Positions 38,388 to 49,092 of a stretch of 64,000 nucleotides of DNA are shown here, one piece after another (position 1 is the stretch's first letter; every line of letters begins with the position of its first letter). A program made the translations under genes and the position numbers. The stretch covers positions 1-64,000 of the forward strand of contig JBBQSO010000001.1 of assembly GCA_038213805.1 (NCBI GenBank), read 5' to 3'. The notes beneath the pieces are model-generated. The model had not been told where the DNA came from. It searched no databases and saw nothing but the letters and a program-made list of their open reading frames with translations. Origin of the DNA: Planctomycetota bacterium. Lineage in GTDB: Bacteria; Planctomycetota; UBA11346.

Positions 38388-38555
38388 GAAGCGGAGCAGC
38401 GCACCCATTCGCCGGATTGTAGGCACTCCATCAATGCGGTGCTTCTGGATTTTCGGGAGCTTCCTTCCCGAGGAGATGCAGATTCGCTCATTTCAGGCGT
38501 TCACTGCGCGACAGGTGAGCGTATGACAGATCCCATGGAGATTCGGGGAAGTCAT

Positions 38556-38628
38556 CCTGGGAGCGCCGAGCCCCAGCTCGGCTGGCTTCATGGCATTTCG
38601 AGCCGAGCTGGGGCTCGGCGCTCCCAGG
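38556..38628. repeat. Perfect 28-bp inverted repeat of two palindromic units (REP/REPIN-like doublet)
   Basis: cctgggagcgccgagccccagctcggct-N17-agccgagctggggctcggcgctcccagg; each arm holds an internal gccgagc-N4-gctcggc hairpin. Confidence 0.9.
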
Positions 38629-38724
38629 TGGGAGCTGTCCATGCTCGTGACAGAAGTTCGGGGATCGACAATCAGCTAGCAGCCACTCGCCACCGGCGGC
38701 ACGCATAAGACCGGCGCGCAGCCC

Positions 38725-39597
38725 TCAGCCATTCGCCGCGGGCGGCAGGCACGGCACCGGCGCAAACATCGGCACGGCTGACAACGGCCGCACATGCACA
38801 TCGATCGGCGCACCGCCGGTGACGCGCATGTCGCCGGTGACCTGATAGAAGCGGCCGGGAACGATCAGGCCACCGTTCAGGCGGGTGCTGCTGGGATCCT
38901 CCGGGAAAAGAGCGATGGCGTAGCCGCCTTGTCCGTGATCGCTGATCACCGGGTCGGGATCGCGGCCCGGCACATAGTGCATGGCCGCCCAGGTGCCTTC
39001 ACCCGTGATCTGCTGCCCGTGCGCGGTCAGCGCAACTCCGCCGGTCCGGACCTGCTGACCGAGGTCGTGCGCAATGGGGCCGGCGGCGATTGCCGCTCCG
39101 GCGCCCGTGGGGTCCGCTTCTGCCGCGGCAGGGCGGCCCCGCGACGCGCTCGCAACGTCGACGGCTCCTGCCCCGACCACGCCGGTTGCGGGAACGGACT
39201 GGCCTCCTGGCTGGGAAATGGCCATGGTGCCGCCCGCGACGCGGGTCGGCGTCCCACCTCCGGCTAGCTGGTGCTGGTGACCGAGCAGGTCGCGTGCGCG
39301 CGGCAGGGCCGCGAGCGTCTCGGCATCGAGCGCCGGGAGTTTGGGGATGCGGTGGTCGTCGAGCTGACCGAGCAGCGCGTAGGCGCGCGCCTCGGCGGCG
39401 GAGAATGAGCCGAGCCGGGACTCGACCGGTCGCGCCGGGAGCTGGGCGATGCCCGGGGCGGGTAGCGTGGGCGTGGAAGCAGGAACCACAGCGGGCGCGC
39501 CCACGAACCACAGCAGCGCTGCCCCGGTCGCCAGGGCGCCGAGCAGCGCCAGCACGGCGCGCGAAACGAGGGTGCGACTCCTGTTGGTGGCGACCAC
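38725..39597 (-). CDS. Hypothetical protein with N-terminal TM/signal anchor, low-complexity middle and small C-terminal beta domain
   Basis: GTG start 5 nt after the CAP gene stop; hydrophobic N-terminus. Confidence 0.65.
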   Translation of the reverse strand: MVATNRSRTLVSRAVLALLGALATGAALLWFVGAPAVVPASTPTLPAPGIAQLPARPVESRLGSFSAAEARAYALLGQLDDHRIPKLPALDAETLAALPRARDLLGHQHQLAGGGTPTRVAGGTMAISQPGGQSVPATGVVGAGAVDVASASRGRPAAAEADPTGAGAAIAAGPIAHDLGQQVRTGGVALTAHGQQITGEGTWAAMHYVPGRDPDPVISDHGQGGYAIALFPEDPSSTRLNGGLIVPGRFYQVTGDMRVTGGAPIDVHVRPLSAVPMFAPVPCLPPAANG

Positions 39598-39602
39598 GGA
39601 GT

Positions 39603-40667
39603 CTAGTTCTGCGACAAGGTGACAGTGACCGTGGTGAAATCCTGGGTCGTCGGGAAGATGATGGTGATCGGAGGACCGACGACGCCGACGTTCGGCGCGC
39701 CATTCCCGTTCCCGGTGCTGAACGGATCGGGGGATTCGGTATCCGAATCGAAGTCGGTGGCGATCCCGGTCTGGTTGTCGGTGGGCCAGTAGGCCAAGGT
39801 CACGGGCGTGCTGCTGACCGCGGCGAATTCGATGGTCTGGAAACCGGTGCCGCTCGCGGCGATGACCTGCGGCGAATTCCGGCTGTCGGTAAAGGCGTTG
39901 CTACGATCGCCGTTGCCAATGAAGGAGACTTCCTGACGCATCATCGGGATGCGGTGGTAGACCGTGTTCCATAACTGGTCGACAGCAGCCACCCCGGCGG
40001 TGGTGGCGATGTCCTCATAGACGGTGTCAATCAGGGTTCCCCAGGTATTGCTGCTCGCCGTCCCCCCATTGGCCACGCTGATGCGCCGGAAAAAATCCGT
40101 GTTCACGAAGAACTGTGCACTGCCCGTGGGTTCGTTGTGGGTGATCGCACTGGTCTCGCATTGGTAGCCGGCGTGACGTTGCGCCGCGACCGAGTAGTTC
40201 GCATTGGCGCTCAGGGTGCTGGCGCCGGACTGGCCACGCAGGGCATTGAGTTCGCCCAGCACGGTCGCGGCGAAGTTCGGCGGATTTGAATTCAGTCCGG
40301 TGGTGAAACTCCACGACCGCGAGAAGGTTTCCACGGCGGTGGTGGCCGAGATGGCGACCGTGTAGTTGGTACTCGCGAGGAGGGCGCCCTTGGCCATGAT
40401 GTAGATTTCACCTGGGCGCAGCCGATTTCCGCGCGCGGTGTTCGGTATGGCCTGATCGAGAAAAACATCGGCGCCGGGGGGTTTGGTCGCGCTCTGGCTG
40501 CCGCCGACCAGGACGTACGACGGTACCACGGTGCCGCTCGGTGTGCCGACGCCTCCACCGCCGACGCCTCCACCTGCGCCGCTACTCGGCGTCGTATTCG
40601 TACCACCCCCTCCACATCCGGCGAGCACGGCGGTGACCATCGGAATGAGCAGGTGCTGCGCGCGCAT
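39603..40667 (-). CDS. CAP (SCP/Tpx/Ag5/PR-1) domain lipoprotein with a split Ig-like domain
   Basis: Lipobox VLAGC; LNALR..G...L..N....[29 protein letters not shown] pattern; GGAG RBS. Confidence 0.85.
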   Translation of the reverse strand: MRAQHLLIPMVTAVLAGCGGGGTNTTPSSGAGGGVGGGGVGTPSGTVVPSYVLVGGSQSATKPPGADVFLDQAIPNTARGNRLRPGEIYIMAKGALLASTNYTVAISATTAVETFSRSWSFTTGLNSNPPNFAATVLGELNALRGQSGASTLSANANYSVAAQRHAGYQCETSAITHNEPTGSAQFFVNTDFFRRISVANGGTASSNTWGTLIDTVYEDIATTAGVAAVDQLWNTVYHRIPMMRQEVSFIGNGDRSNAFTDSRNSPQVIAASGTGFQTIEFAAVSSTPVTLAYWPTDNQTGIATDFDSDTESPDPFSTGNGNGAPNVGVVGPPITIIFPTTQDFTTVTVTLSQN

Positions 40668-40827
40668 GAGGGGCTCCACAATGAGGGAGCTGGAGTATGC
40701 CTCCAGCGGACCCCCGACTCCACGCCCATCCCACCCGACCTGCTACGCATGGATGCCACGCTTCATGGCACGCATCCCCACGGCGGAAACCGCTGGCGCA
40801 CGGCCGATTCCACCACAAACCGGGGCG

Positions 40828-42297
40828 ATGAGCGAACTCGATGGTTCGGTATGGCTGCTGGCCGGCGCGGCGATGGGCGCCTTTCTGGCCTGGGGCGTGC
40901 TGCGCGCCAAGGTACGCGACGCCTACCAGCACGGCCATGAGCATGGCGAGGCCGAGGCCACGGCCGCCCAGGCGACCCTGGTGGAGCGGCTCGCCGGCCA
41001 CGAGCGCGCCGCCGACGCCCTGCGGGGCGCGCTCACCAAGGCCGAAGGGACCCTCGGTGCGCTGCAGGCCGAGCACGGCGCCCTGCGCACCGCACACGCG
41101 GCGCTGGGCACCCGCGCCGCGGCCGAGCGCGCCGCGGCGGAGGAGACGCGCGCCCTGCTCGGCCAGGTGCGCGAGCAGTTTGCCGACGCCTTCCGCGCGC
41201 TTTCGGCCGACGCCTTGCGCGCCAACAACCAGTCCTTCCTGGAATTGGCGACGAGCGCGCTCGCGACCTTCCAGGAGGGTGCGCGCGGCGACCTCGCGGG
41301 GCGCCAGCAGGCCATCGATGCGCTGGTCGCACCGATCCGAGCATCGCTCGAGCAGGTTGGCGGCGCGCTCGGCGAGCTCGAACGCGCGCGTGTCGGCGCC
41401 TTCGCCACCCTCACCGAGCAGCTGCGCAGCCTGGCCGACGGCCAGGGCCGGCTGCAGGGCGAGACCGCGAACCTGGTGCGCGCGCTGCGCGCCCCGGCGG
41501 TGCGCGGGCGCTGGGGCGAGATCCAGCTCAAGCGCGTGGTCGAGCTCGCCGGCATGCTCGAGTACTGCGATTTCAGGGTCCAGACGACCAGCGACGACGG
41601 GCGCCTGCGGCCCGATCTGGTGGTGCGCCTGCCCAACCGCAAACAGCTGGTGGTCGACGCCAAGGCGCCGCTGCAGGCCTATCTCGACGCGCTTGAGGCC
41701 GGTGACGAGGCGACCCGCGCGCTGCGCCTGCAGGACCATGCCCGCCAGGTGCGCGGGCACCTGCAGGCGCTTGGCGCGAAGGCCTACTGGGATCAGTTCG
41801 CGCCCAGTCCGGAATTCGTCGTGCTGTTCCTGCCCGGCGAGACCTTCTTCAGCGCTGCGCTCGAGGCCGATCCGTCATTGATCGAGGTCGGCGTCGACCA
41901 GCGCGTCATCCTCGCCACCCCGACCACGCTCATCGCCCTGCTGCGCGCCGTCGCCTACGGCTGGCGGCAGGAACAGCTCAGCCGCAACGCCGACGAGATC
42001 AGCCGCCTCGGCGCCGGCCTGTACGAGCGCGTACGCACCCTGGCCGAGCATTTCACCGACCTGCGCAAGGCACTCGACCGCACCGTCGAGTGCTACAACA
42101 AGGCGGTCGGCTCACTCGAGAGCCGCGTCCTGCCCGGCGCACGCCGCTTCAAAGAGCTTGGCGCCGGCAGCGGCGACGACATCCCCCAGCTCGAAGGCGT
42201 CGACAAGGCGCCACGCGCCCTGCAGGCGGAGGCTTTCGCCGCGACACCACCCACCCCGGACAGCAATCACGAGCAGGCTGGCATTCGTGAGGCCTGA
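40828..42297 (+). CDS. rmuC: DNA recombination protein RmuC
   Basis: N-terminal TM and coiled coil; [55 protein letters not shown]. Confidence 0.95.
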   Translation: MSELDGSVWLLAGAAMGAFLAWGVLRAKVRDAYQHGHEHGEAEATAAQATLVERLAGHERAADALRGALTKAEGTLGALQAEHGALRTAHAALGTRAAAERAAAEETRALLGQVREQFADAFRALSADALRANNQSFLELATSALATFQEGARGDLAGRQQAIDALVAPIRASLEQVGGALGELERARVGAFATLTEQLRSLADGQGRLQGETANLVRALRAPAVRGRWGEIQLKRVVELAGMLEYCDFRVQTTSDDGRLRPDLVVRLPNRKQLVVDAKAPLQAYLDALEAGDEATRALRLQDHARQVRGHLQALGAKAYWDQFAPSPEFVVLFLPGETFFSAALEADPSLIEVGVDQRVILATPTTLIALLRAVAYGWRQEQLSRNADEISRLGAGLYERVRTLAEHFTDLRKALDRTVECYNKAVGSLESRVLPGARRFKELGAGSGDDIPQLEGVDKAPRALQAEAFAATPPTPDSNHEQAGIREA

Positions 42298-42378
42298 CGG
42301 TAGCGTGCGGCCGGTCACCCTCCGGTAGGCCGACTCAACTCACCCGGACCGATTGGTCCCAGTCCAAGGATTCCAACC

Positions 42379-42621
42379 ATGCGTACCCTCACCGCCTCCC
42401 TCGCGTTCCTCGGCGTGCTCGCCATCTCGGGCTGCGGCGATGATGCCAAGCCCGTCGTCGTCACGCCCGCGCCCACGACCACCCCGGCCCCCGCCGCCGC
42501 CGACGCCCCCAAGCCCGGCGCCGAGGCCGTCAAGGAAGCCGCCAAGGACGCTGCCACCAAGACCGCTGATGACGCCAAGGCCGCCGCCGATGCCGCCAAG
42601 GCTGCCATCGACAAGAAGTAA
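42379..42621 (+). CDS. Small Ala/Lys/Asp-rich lipoprotein (80 aa)
   Basis: AAGGA RBS; lipobox ISGC; helical A/K/D-rich tail; followed by a terminator. Confidence 0.85.
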   Translation: MRTLTASLAFLGVLAISGCGDDAKPVVVTPAPTTTPAPAAADAPKPGAEAVKEAAKDAATKTADDAKAAADAAKAAIDKK

Positions 42622-42665
42622 GCTGCCGGCCGGCATGCGCCGGCAGGCATCCGGGTCTCACCCGC

Positions 42666-42697
42666 GCCGCTCCACCGTCTGGTGGGGCGGCTTTTTT
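42666..42697 (+). terminator. Rho-independent terminator
   Basis: gccgctccacc-gtct-ggtggggcggc then tttttt. Confidence 0.9.
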
Positions 42698-42719
42698 GTT
42701 TGCGCTGACTGCAGGCGCG

Positions 42720-45700
42720 TCAGGGCTTGAGCTCGGCCTCGCCGGCGACGGTTCCACCACTGGCATCGGTGATGGTCGCACTGACCTGATAGAGGCGGCC
42801 GGCAATGCTCGCGACCAGGGGCAGTGCTACCGCAGCCTGCCCCGCAGGCGCGATCGTGAGCGAGCCGGTCCCGGCCGCGCCGAGATAGGCGCTGGTCTTC
42901 ACCGGCGCCGCGAATGTGCCGCCGACGCGTGCGCGCTCCCCGGCGAGCGCCAGCGTCCAGGTCACGACCTGCGGCTGCTGCGACTGGTTCGACACCACCA
43001 GTTCGACGGCGGGCTTGCCGTCCCTGGTGGCGGCGTGGATCTCGACCCCAAGTCGGCCGGTGAGAACCGGCCGGCAGCCGACCTGCGCCCTGGTTGCGCC
43101 CGCCGTGTCGGCGAGGCGCACCGTCACCGTGCCGGCGCGCGCCAGACTGCCGGCGGGCGAGGTGACGGTGAAGCGCAGCGGCTGGCCGGCGGCGCGTTCG
43201 ACGTTCCACCCGAGCGGCGCCTCGAGGGTCACCAGCTTGGCATCTGCGCCGGTCGCAACCTCGATGACGCCGGGCACGCCGCGCATCAACCGCGCCGGTG
43301 CGGCGGTGATGCTGAGCAGCGGCGCGGCGGTCTGCACCGGCAGCTGCGCCGGGCCGTCGTACGCGAGCAGCACCGGATCCGGTCCGACGCTCATGCCGAG
43401 GCCCTTGCCACCCGTCTTGAAGGTGGTGCGCCGGCCATCGATGGCGATCGCCACCACCTCGTCGACGCCGGGGAGCGGCAGGGTGAGATCGGCGCGGCCC
43501 TGGGTCTTGTCGATGATCGCGAAGCAGTGGCCCGCGGCGTCGCGGAACAGGCAGCCGGTGACGCCGTCCGCCCAGGTGCGTTCCTGCACGAAGGCCTTGT
43601 CGAGGATGCCGTTGATGAGGTTGTAGCAGGACACCGCGTCGAGCCGCGCCGCGTAGGCGTTGTAGCGGCTGTCGAACATGTTGAAGGCGTCGCCCGAGGT
43701 GCCGAGCGCGCGCCCGTCGGCGTCGGGATAGAGCAGGTCGAACCAGTTCATGCTCGCGCCGCCTGCGGCGAAGAAGGCAGCGAACTTGCGGACCATGTCG
43801 GCGGCGATGTGCTGGCGGGTCAGGCCCTGGCTGTTGAGGCCGATCTCGGTCGACCACATCGGCTTCACGCAGTGGTACTTGGCCATCAGCGCCTGGTACT
43901 GCGCCAGGGTCTTGCGCACGTCGGCGGGCGTCTCGTAGATGTGAAAGTCGAAGGCGTCGCACGCGTCCTGGTAGCCGGCCTGGAAGTACTCTTCGTTCGG
44001 CTCGACCGAGGTCGCGACCACGATGCAGTCGGGCGCGACCTTCTTGAGCTCGTCGTAGGCGATCTTGTAGGCGCGCACCTGTTGCTTCACCTGCTCGCCG
44101 GTGCCGTGCGGCTCGTTGCCGAGGTTGACCACGATGGGCTTCGGCTGGTGGCCACCGAAGGCGGCGAACCAGCTGCGGATGGCGCCGCGGATGGTGGTCT
44201 CATCGGTCCACTTCTCCCAGCCAGGATGGTGGTACTCGATGGCATTCAGATTGGCCGGGCAGCCGGTAAGGATGGCGGCGCCGAGCTCCTTGCACAGCTC
44301 GATGCCCGGCGCCTGGGCCTTGTAGGGCGCGGCGGCGTCGGCGCTGCCCCACAGGCCGATGGTGCGGAAACCGAGGCGGTCGCTGAGGCGGATGTAGTCT
44401 GGGATGCGGTTGTCCCAGTCGCGCGCGGTGAAGGGGATCTTCGCCGGCGGGAACGCTTTGCTCGCGGCCACCGGCACGATGGCCAGGCCGGCGCTGTCGT
44501 GATAGGGTTCGATATCGGCGAGCGGCACCTGCGCGTGCACTTCGTAATAACGGCCGGGCTCGAGCGCGACGCCGGCGAGATCGGCGCCCGCGCGGTAGCG
44601 GAAACCCTCCTTGGTGCGGCCATCGGCGGTCAGGGGGATGCTCACGGGCAGCGACTGCTCGGCGCCCCAGTAGTCACGCACCACCCAGGTCAGGGTGCGC
44701 TCGGCCGGCGCCAGCTCGCGGCGCGTCAAGGCGGTGAAGGTGACTGTGCGCGGCGCGTCAGGCAGGATGAGGTTGCCGAGCGAGGGCGTCGCCACCACCA
44801 GGCGTTCGACCGCGGGCAGGCGGCGCGCGGTGTCGAGCGGCTTGACCGTCAGGTCGTCGATGCGGAACTTCCCGACGGTCTTCTCGATGCGCGCGGTGAA
44901 GCGGCCGGCCACCGTCTGATAGGGCATGGTCACGCGCTTGCCCTGCACCTGCCAGGGGCGGCTGCCATAGGGCACGGCGATCTCCGACATGGCGATGACC
45001 GCGCCGCCGGCGTCGAGGGCCTCGAAGCGCAGCGCGCCGCAATACGATGCGTCGGGCGACTCGAGTTCGCAGGACGTCGCCGCGCTGATCTCCCACAGGC
45101 CCGGCGCGACCGGGAAGGTCGGTGACGCGGCCGCACAGGGCTGGTCGCGCTCCGCAGCGCCGCGCTCGAACTGCAGGGCGTTGGCGCCGGCGAAGGCCTG
45201 GTCGCCCGAGATCGTGACCTTGCCCTCGTACGTCCAGCCGGCGGGCAGCGCGGTCGCTCCTTCGAAGCCGCACGTCCAGCCGATGGTGCCGACGCGCACC
45301 GTGGCGACGAGCTGCGACACCCACACCGTCGCGGCCTGACCGTGGCGCCCGGCGAGCAGCACGAAGTTGCGCAGGTGGCCGATCCAGCCGTCGCCACGCT
45401 TGGGATCACCGCCCCATGATTCGTATTTGTCGACGCCGGCCACCGCCTCGGCGGTGCCGCGCTTGGCGAAGAAACGCGCGATCGGGAAGGTCACCAGCCG
45501 CCAGTCCTCGGACGGCGCACCCAGGGAGAGGCCGATCTGGTGGCAGCGGTCGGCGCCATCGACCAGGCGCAGGGTGACGCGCTCCAGGCCCGGCGCCTTC
45601 AGCCAGAACGAGACGCTCTCGACCTCCAGCTTCTGATCAGCGACGTTGCGCTCCATGTCGACGTAGTTGCCGCCCTTGCTGAGGTCGGCGACCAGGCGCA

Positions 45701-45893
45701 GGCTGGGCTGGCCGTCCTTCTGCACTTGCGGGTCGAAGACCACCTCGCCGGTGGCGCCTGGGAACTCCGCGCCGTTGTTGAAATGCCAGCCCTTGGCGGG
45801 CTCTTTGGCGTCGAACAGCGGGATGTCCTCGGCCATGGCCGCGGCGGCGCAGCAGGCGAGGAGGGCCAGGGTGGGCAGATGGGCGTGGGGCAC
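42720..45893 (-). CDS. Large secreted multidomain clan GH-A glycoside hydrolase (GH39/GH5-like) with N-terminal CBM-like domains
   Basis: Signal peptide; acid/base NLGNEP, FDFHIY, nucleophile PMWSTEIG; beta-sandwich domains on both sides. Confidence 0.8.
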   Translation of the reverse strand: MPHAHLPTLALLACCAAAAMAEDIPLFDAKEPAKGWHFNNGAEFPGATGEVVFDPQVQKDGQPSLRLVADLSKGGNYVDMERNVADQKLEVESVSFWLKAPGLERVTLRLVDGADRCHQIGLSLGAPSEDWRLVTFPIARFFAKRGTAEAVAGVDKYESWGGDPKRGDGWIGHLRNFVLLAGRHGQAATVWVSQLVATVRVGTIGWTCGFEGATALPAGWTYEGKVTISGDQAFAGANALQFERGAAERDQPCAAASPTFPVAPGLWEISAATSCELESPDASYCGALRFEALDAGGAVIAMSEIAVPYGSRPWQVQGKRVTMPYQTVAGRFTARIEKTVGKFRIDDLTVKPLDTARRLPAVERLVVATPSLGNLILPDAPRTVTFTALTRRELAPAERTLTWVVRDYWGAEQSLPVSIPLTADGRTKEGFRYRAGADLAGVALEPGRYYEVHAQVPLADIEPYHDSAGLAIVPVAASKAFPPAKIPFTARDWDNRIPDYIRLSDRLGFRTIGLWGSADAAAPYKAQAPGIELCKELGAAILTGCPANLNAIEYHHPGWEKWTDETTIRGAIRSWFAAFGGHQPKPIVVNLGNEPHGTGEQVKQQVRAYKIAYDELKKVAPDCIVVATSVEPNEEYFQAGYQDACDAFDFHIYETPADVRKTLAQYQALMAKYHCVKPMWSTEIGLNSQGLTRQHIAADMVRKFAAFFAAGGASMNWFDLLYPDADGRALGTSGDAFNMFDSRYNAYAARLDAVSCYNLINGILDKAFVQERTWADGVTGCLFRDAAGHCFAIIDKTQGRADLTLPLPGVDEVVAIAIDGRRTTFKTGGKGLGMSVGPDPVLLAYDGPAQLPVQTAAPLLSITAAPARLMRGVPGVIEVATGADAKLVTLEAPLGWNVERAAGQPLRFTVTSPAGSLARAGTVTVRLADTAGATRAQVGCRPVLTGRLGVEIHAATRDGKPAVELVVSNQSQQPQVVTWTLALAGERARVGGTFAAPVKTSAYLGAAGTGSLTIAPAGQAAVALPLVASIAGRLYQVSATITDASGGTVAGEAELKP

Positions 45894-45984
45894 GGGGAAC
45901 CCTTGGAATGGCGGACCGGAACGGGTGGTCGATCAGGCCGGTGTACTACGGAAACGCGCCGGGGGCGGAACGTGACAGCTGGAG

Positions 45985-46020
45985 AGCGTATTTTTATACC
46001 TTAATGGACTATTTATGTTG
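45985..46020. promoter_or_regulatory. AT-rich element in the divergent intergenic region of the glycosidase cluster
   Basis: cgtatttttataccttaatggactatttatg. Confidence 0.4.
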
Positions 46021-46381
46021 GTGAGGTACAGGCCATCGTGATTCGCACTGAGCTGCGGCGCGCAGGTGACGTCCTCAGGGCCGCTGAAGGCGCCCACCTC
46101 TTCCGGAGCCTTCCCGAGACCGCGCGCCGCCGGCGGGCACTCCAGTGAGACCCCGCCAGCGGCGCGCAGTCCCCAAAATGGCCATCCAGCGGATACGGAC
46201 TCAGGTCGGTGATCCACCAGGTTCCGAGGTATCCTGGGCCACCATGACCGTCTGCCGAAGCGTTCTGACGTGTCCCATCAAGGCGCCTCAACGATCCCCT
46301 CCCTCTCTCTGTATATGCTTGCCTACTTGCATACCTGTGCATGAACATCCAACTCGCATCCACCCACGCCTCAGACACCCC

Positions 46382-48046
46382 ATGACCCCACGCCTGTGCC
46401 TGATCGCCGTCCTTGCCACCTGCTCGGTCGCTGCCCGCGCCGCCACCGTCGGTGATCCCGCCCATCCCGAGACCCTCGAGAAGGACATCACGGCCGCGCT
46501 CGTGGCGGGCACCAAGGCGGTGACGGTGACGCCGGGCGTCTACCAGCTGCCGCAAGGCCTCGGCTTCCGCGATCTCGTCGGAGTGACCCTCGACTTCAGC
46601 AAGGTCGAGCTGTCGCTGCATTCCGAGCGCGACGGCGTGTCCTTCGGCGGCTGCCGTGACACCGTGTTCACCGGCGCCACCGTCCACTACGACCACCCGC
46701 GCTTCAGCCAGGCGAAGATCCTGGCCTTCGGCAGCGAGAACCAGCAGGTGTGGTACGAGGTGCAGGTCGACGCCGGCTACCCCGTCGACGCCACCTGGAA
46801 GTCGTCGGTGATCTTCACCGAGAAAGAGCGCCGCATCAAATTCCACACCTGGGACAGCAGCGCGAAGTCGGTCACGAAGCTCGACGGCGTCGGCCACCTC
46901 AAGGTGTACTGGGACGACCGCAACCTGATCCCGCCGCATTGCCCGGTCGCGGTCGGCGACTATCTGGTCTGCCGCGGCGACGGCAGTTCGCTGCTGCACA
47001 CCGACGGCTGCGTGACCTGCACCTTCAAAGACCTGACCTTCTATTGGGGCGGGATCTTCGGCATCTTCGAGACCGGCCCGTCGGAGGCGAACCATTACCT
47101 GCGCATCACGCTGACGCCGGGTGCGATGCCGGCGGGCGCCAGCAACCTGCCGTTCATCTCGCAGAGCGCCGACGGTCTGCACTCAGCGGCGGCGCGGCGC
47201 GGCCCCATCATTGAGGGCTGCGACTTCGAGTGCATGCTCGACGACGCCTTCGCCATTCATGGCTACTTCGCGCCGATCCTCGAAGTCGCTGGTCCCACGC
47301 TGATCGTCAAGGAGCATACGTTCCGCGTCGGCGATCTGGCGCGCGTCTCAAGCGACAAGGGCTTCCTGGCCGAGGCCACGGTGGCGAAGCTTGAGCACCA
47401 GGCCGACCAGCGCTGGGCGATCACCCTGGACAAGGACATCGCCGCCACCAGCGGCTGCAAAGTCGGCAATCCCAACGCCTCCGGCAACGGTTACAAAATC
47501 ATCAACAACACCGTCCGCGGCAACCGCGCGCGCGGCATCCTGGTCAAGGGCGACAATGGACTGATCGCGGGCAACACCATCGAGGGCTCGACCATGTCGG
47601 GCATCAGTGTCGGGCCGGAATACTGGTGGAACGAGGGCGATTACTGCCAGCACGTGACCATCCGCGACAACACCATCCGCCACACCAATTACGCGACCAA
47701 CGACTTCGGCAACAACGGTGCGATCCTGGTGCACGGCGACGGCACCAAAGGCAATCGCGACATCGTCATCACCGGCAACCGCATCGTGGACGTGAGCGGA
47801 GCCAACATCATCGTCGCCTGGGCGGATGGGATGAGAATAGCGGACAATACCTTCTCGGGCTTCCAGCGTGTCGACTTCGGCACGGATGAAAAGCACGGCG
47901 CGCTGGTCCTGCTCGACCACTGCGCGAACGTGGCCTTCAGCGGCAACACCACGAGCGCTCCGGGTCCGTTCGCAAAGACCATGCTGCTGAGCGGCAAGGA
48001 CGTCGTGGGCGTCACGGGCGTGGACACCGGCTTCGCCACGCACTGA
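46382..48046 (+). CDS. Secreted right-handed parallel beta-helix protein (GH110-like)
   Basis: Signal peptide; ADGLH..IIEGC.FE...DDAFAIHG; repeated I.NNT/I.GNT; RARGILVK; WWNEG. Confidence 0.8.
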   Translation: MTPRLCLIAVLATCSVAARAATVGDPAHPETLEKDITAALVAGTKAVTVTPGVYQLPQGLGFRDLVGVTLDFSKVELSLHSERDGVSFGGCRDTVFTGATVHYDHPRFSQAKILAFGSENQQVWYEVQVDAGYPVDATWKSSVIFTEKERRIKFHTWDSSAKSVTKLDGVGHLKVYWDDRNLIPPHCPVAVGDYLVCRGDGSSLLHTDGCVTCTFKDLTFYWGGIFGIFETGPSEANHYLRITLTPGAMPAGASNLPFISQSADGLHSAAARRGPIIEGCDFECMLDDAFAIHGYFAPILEVAGPTLIVKEHTFRVGDLARVSSDKGFLAEATVAKLEHQADQRWAITLDKDIAATSGCKVGNPNASGNGYKIINNTVRGNRARGILVKGDNGLIAGNTIEGSTMSGISVGPEYWWNEGDYCQHVTIRDNTIRHTNYATNDFGNNGAILVHGDGTKGNRDIVITGNRIVDVSGANIIVAWADGMRIADNTFSGFQRVDFGTDEKHGALVLLDHCANVAFSGNTTSAPGPFAKTMLLSGKDVVGVTGVDTGFATH

Positions 48047-48063
48047 TCGGACAGGAACCCCGC

Positions 48064-49092
48064 ATGCTCTTCCGCGCCGTCGTCATCGCCATCCTGCTCG
48101 CAATCGCTTGCCGCGCGCGGGCAGAAACATTCTCGTACACCAACCCCCTGCCGTTCGCCTACGAGTCGCAGGGCAAGGAGCGCAGCGAGGTCCGCGATCC
48201 CTGCATCATCCACGATGGCGGCCGCTATTACGCGATCTTCACCATGTGGCCGTTCGCCAATCGCGACGAGCAGCACCTCGGCGACGTGGACATGGGCAGC
48301 TCGCCCGGCATCCGCATGTATTCTTCAACGGACCTGGCCACCTGGAAGGACGACGGCTGGCTGGTGAAGAGTTCGGAGCTGCCGGCAGACTGCCCCTACA
48401 AGCACCAGTTCTGGGCGCCGGAGATCCACCACTGCAACGGCAAGTTCTACCTGATCTTCACCGCCAGCAATTGGCAGGCGAAGACCTACAATCTGCAGGA
48501 GGGCTACTACGCCTTCATCGGCGTCGCCGACCAGGTCACCGGGCCGTACCAGCACATCACCAAGATCCCGAACGGCCCCTGCGACACCTCGCTGTTCACC
48601 GACGAGCACGGTGAGTTCTATCTGGCCATGCCGCGCCGCGATATTTTCGTCCAGAAGGTCGACCTCAGCCGCCTCGACCAGGGCGTGATCACGCGCACCG
48701 GTCCCGAGGTCATGGTTGTCACCAGCGCCGACGATCAGCCCGGCGCGACCAGTCCCGACTACCTCGAAGGCCCGTGGGTCGAACGCATCGGCAAGCGCTA
48801 CTGCATGCTTTACGCTGAACTCTATAAGAACGACGGCTACTGGACCGGCGTCGCCTATGCCGATTCGCCCCTGGGCCCGTATACCAAGGACCCCGAGCGG
48901 AAGGTGTTCTTCGGTGGGCACCTCGCCGTTTTCGACGGGCCGGACAAACGGAAATGGGTGTCCTATCGGCGCGAGCGCGCCAACGATGGGCGTGGGCTGA
49001 TGTGCGTGGATCCGCTGGACATCGATGCGCTGGGGCGGATCCGTGGTGGCGATACCTATAAGCAGAAGGTGATCGTGTCCGTCGCCAAGTGA
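48064..49092 (+). CDS. Secreted glycoside hydrolase family 43
   Basis: RDPCII..GRYY, STDLATW, WAPEIH..GKFYL, GPY, DTSLF.D, EGPWV. Confidence 0.9.
   Translation: MLFRAVVIAILLAIACRARAETFSYTNPLPFAYESQGKERSEVRDPCIIHDGGRYYAIFTMWPFANRDEQHLGDVDMGSSPGIRMYSSTDLATWKDDGWLVKSSELPADCPYKHQFWAPEIHHCNGKFYLIFTASNWQAKTYNLQEGYYAFIGVADQVTGPYQHITKIPNGPCDTSLFTDEHGEFYLAMPRRDIFVQKVDLSRLDQGVITRTGPEVMVVTSADDQPGATSPDYLEGPWVERIGKRYCMLYAELYKNDGYWTGVAYADSPLGPYTKDPERKVFFGGHLAVFDGPDKRKWVSYRRERANDGRGLMCVDPLDIDALGRIRGGDTYKQKVIVSVAK

Noticed and set aside
38376..38708. Short ORFs on both strands containing PGSAEPQLG
   Set aside because: Artefact of translating the perfect inverted repeat.
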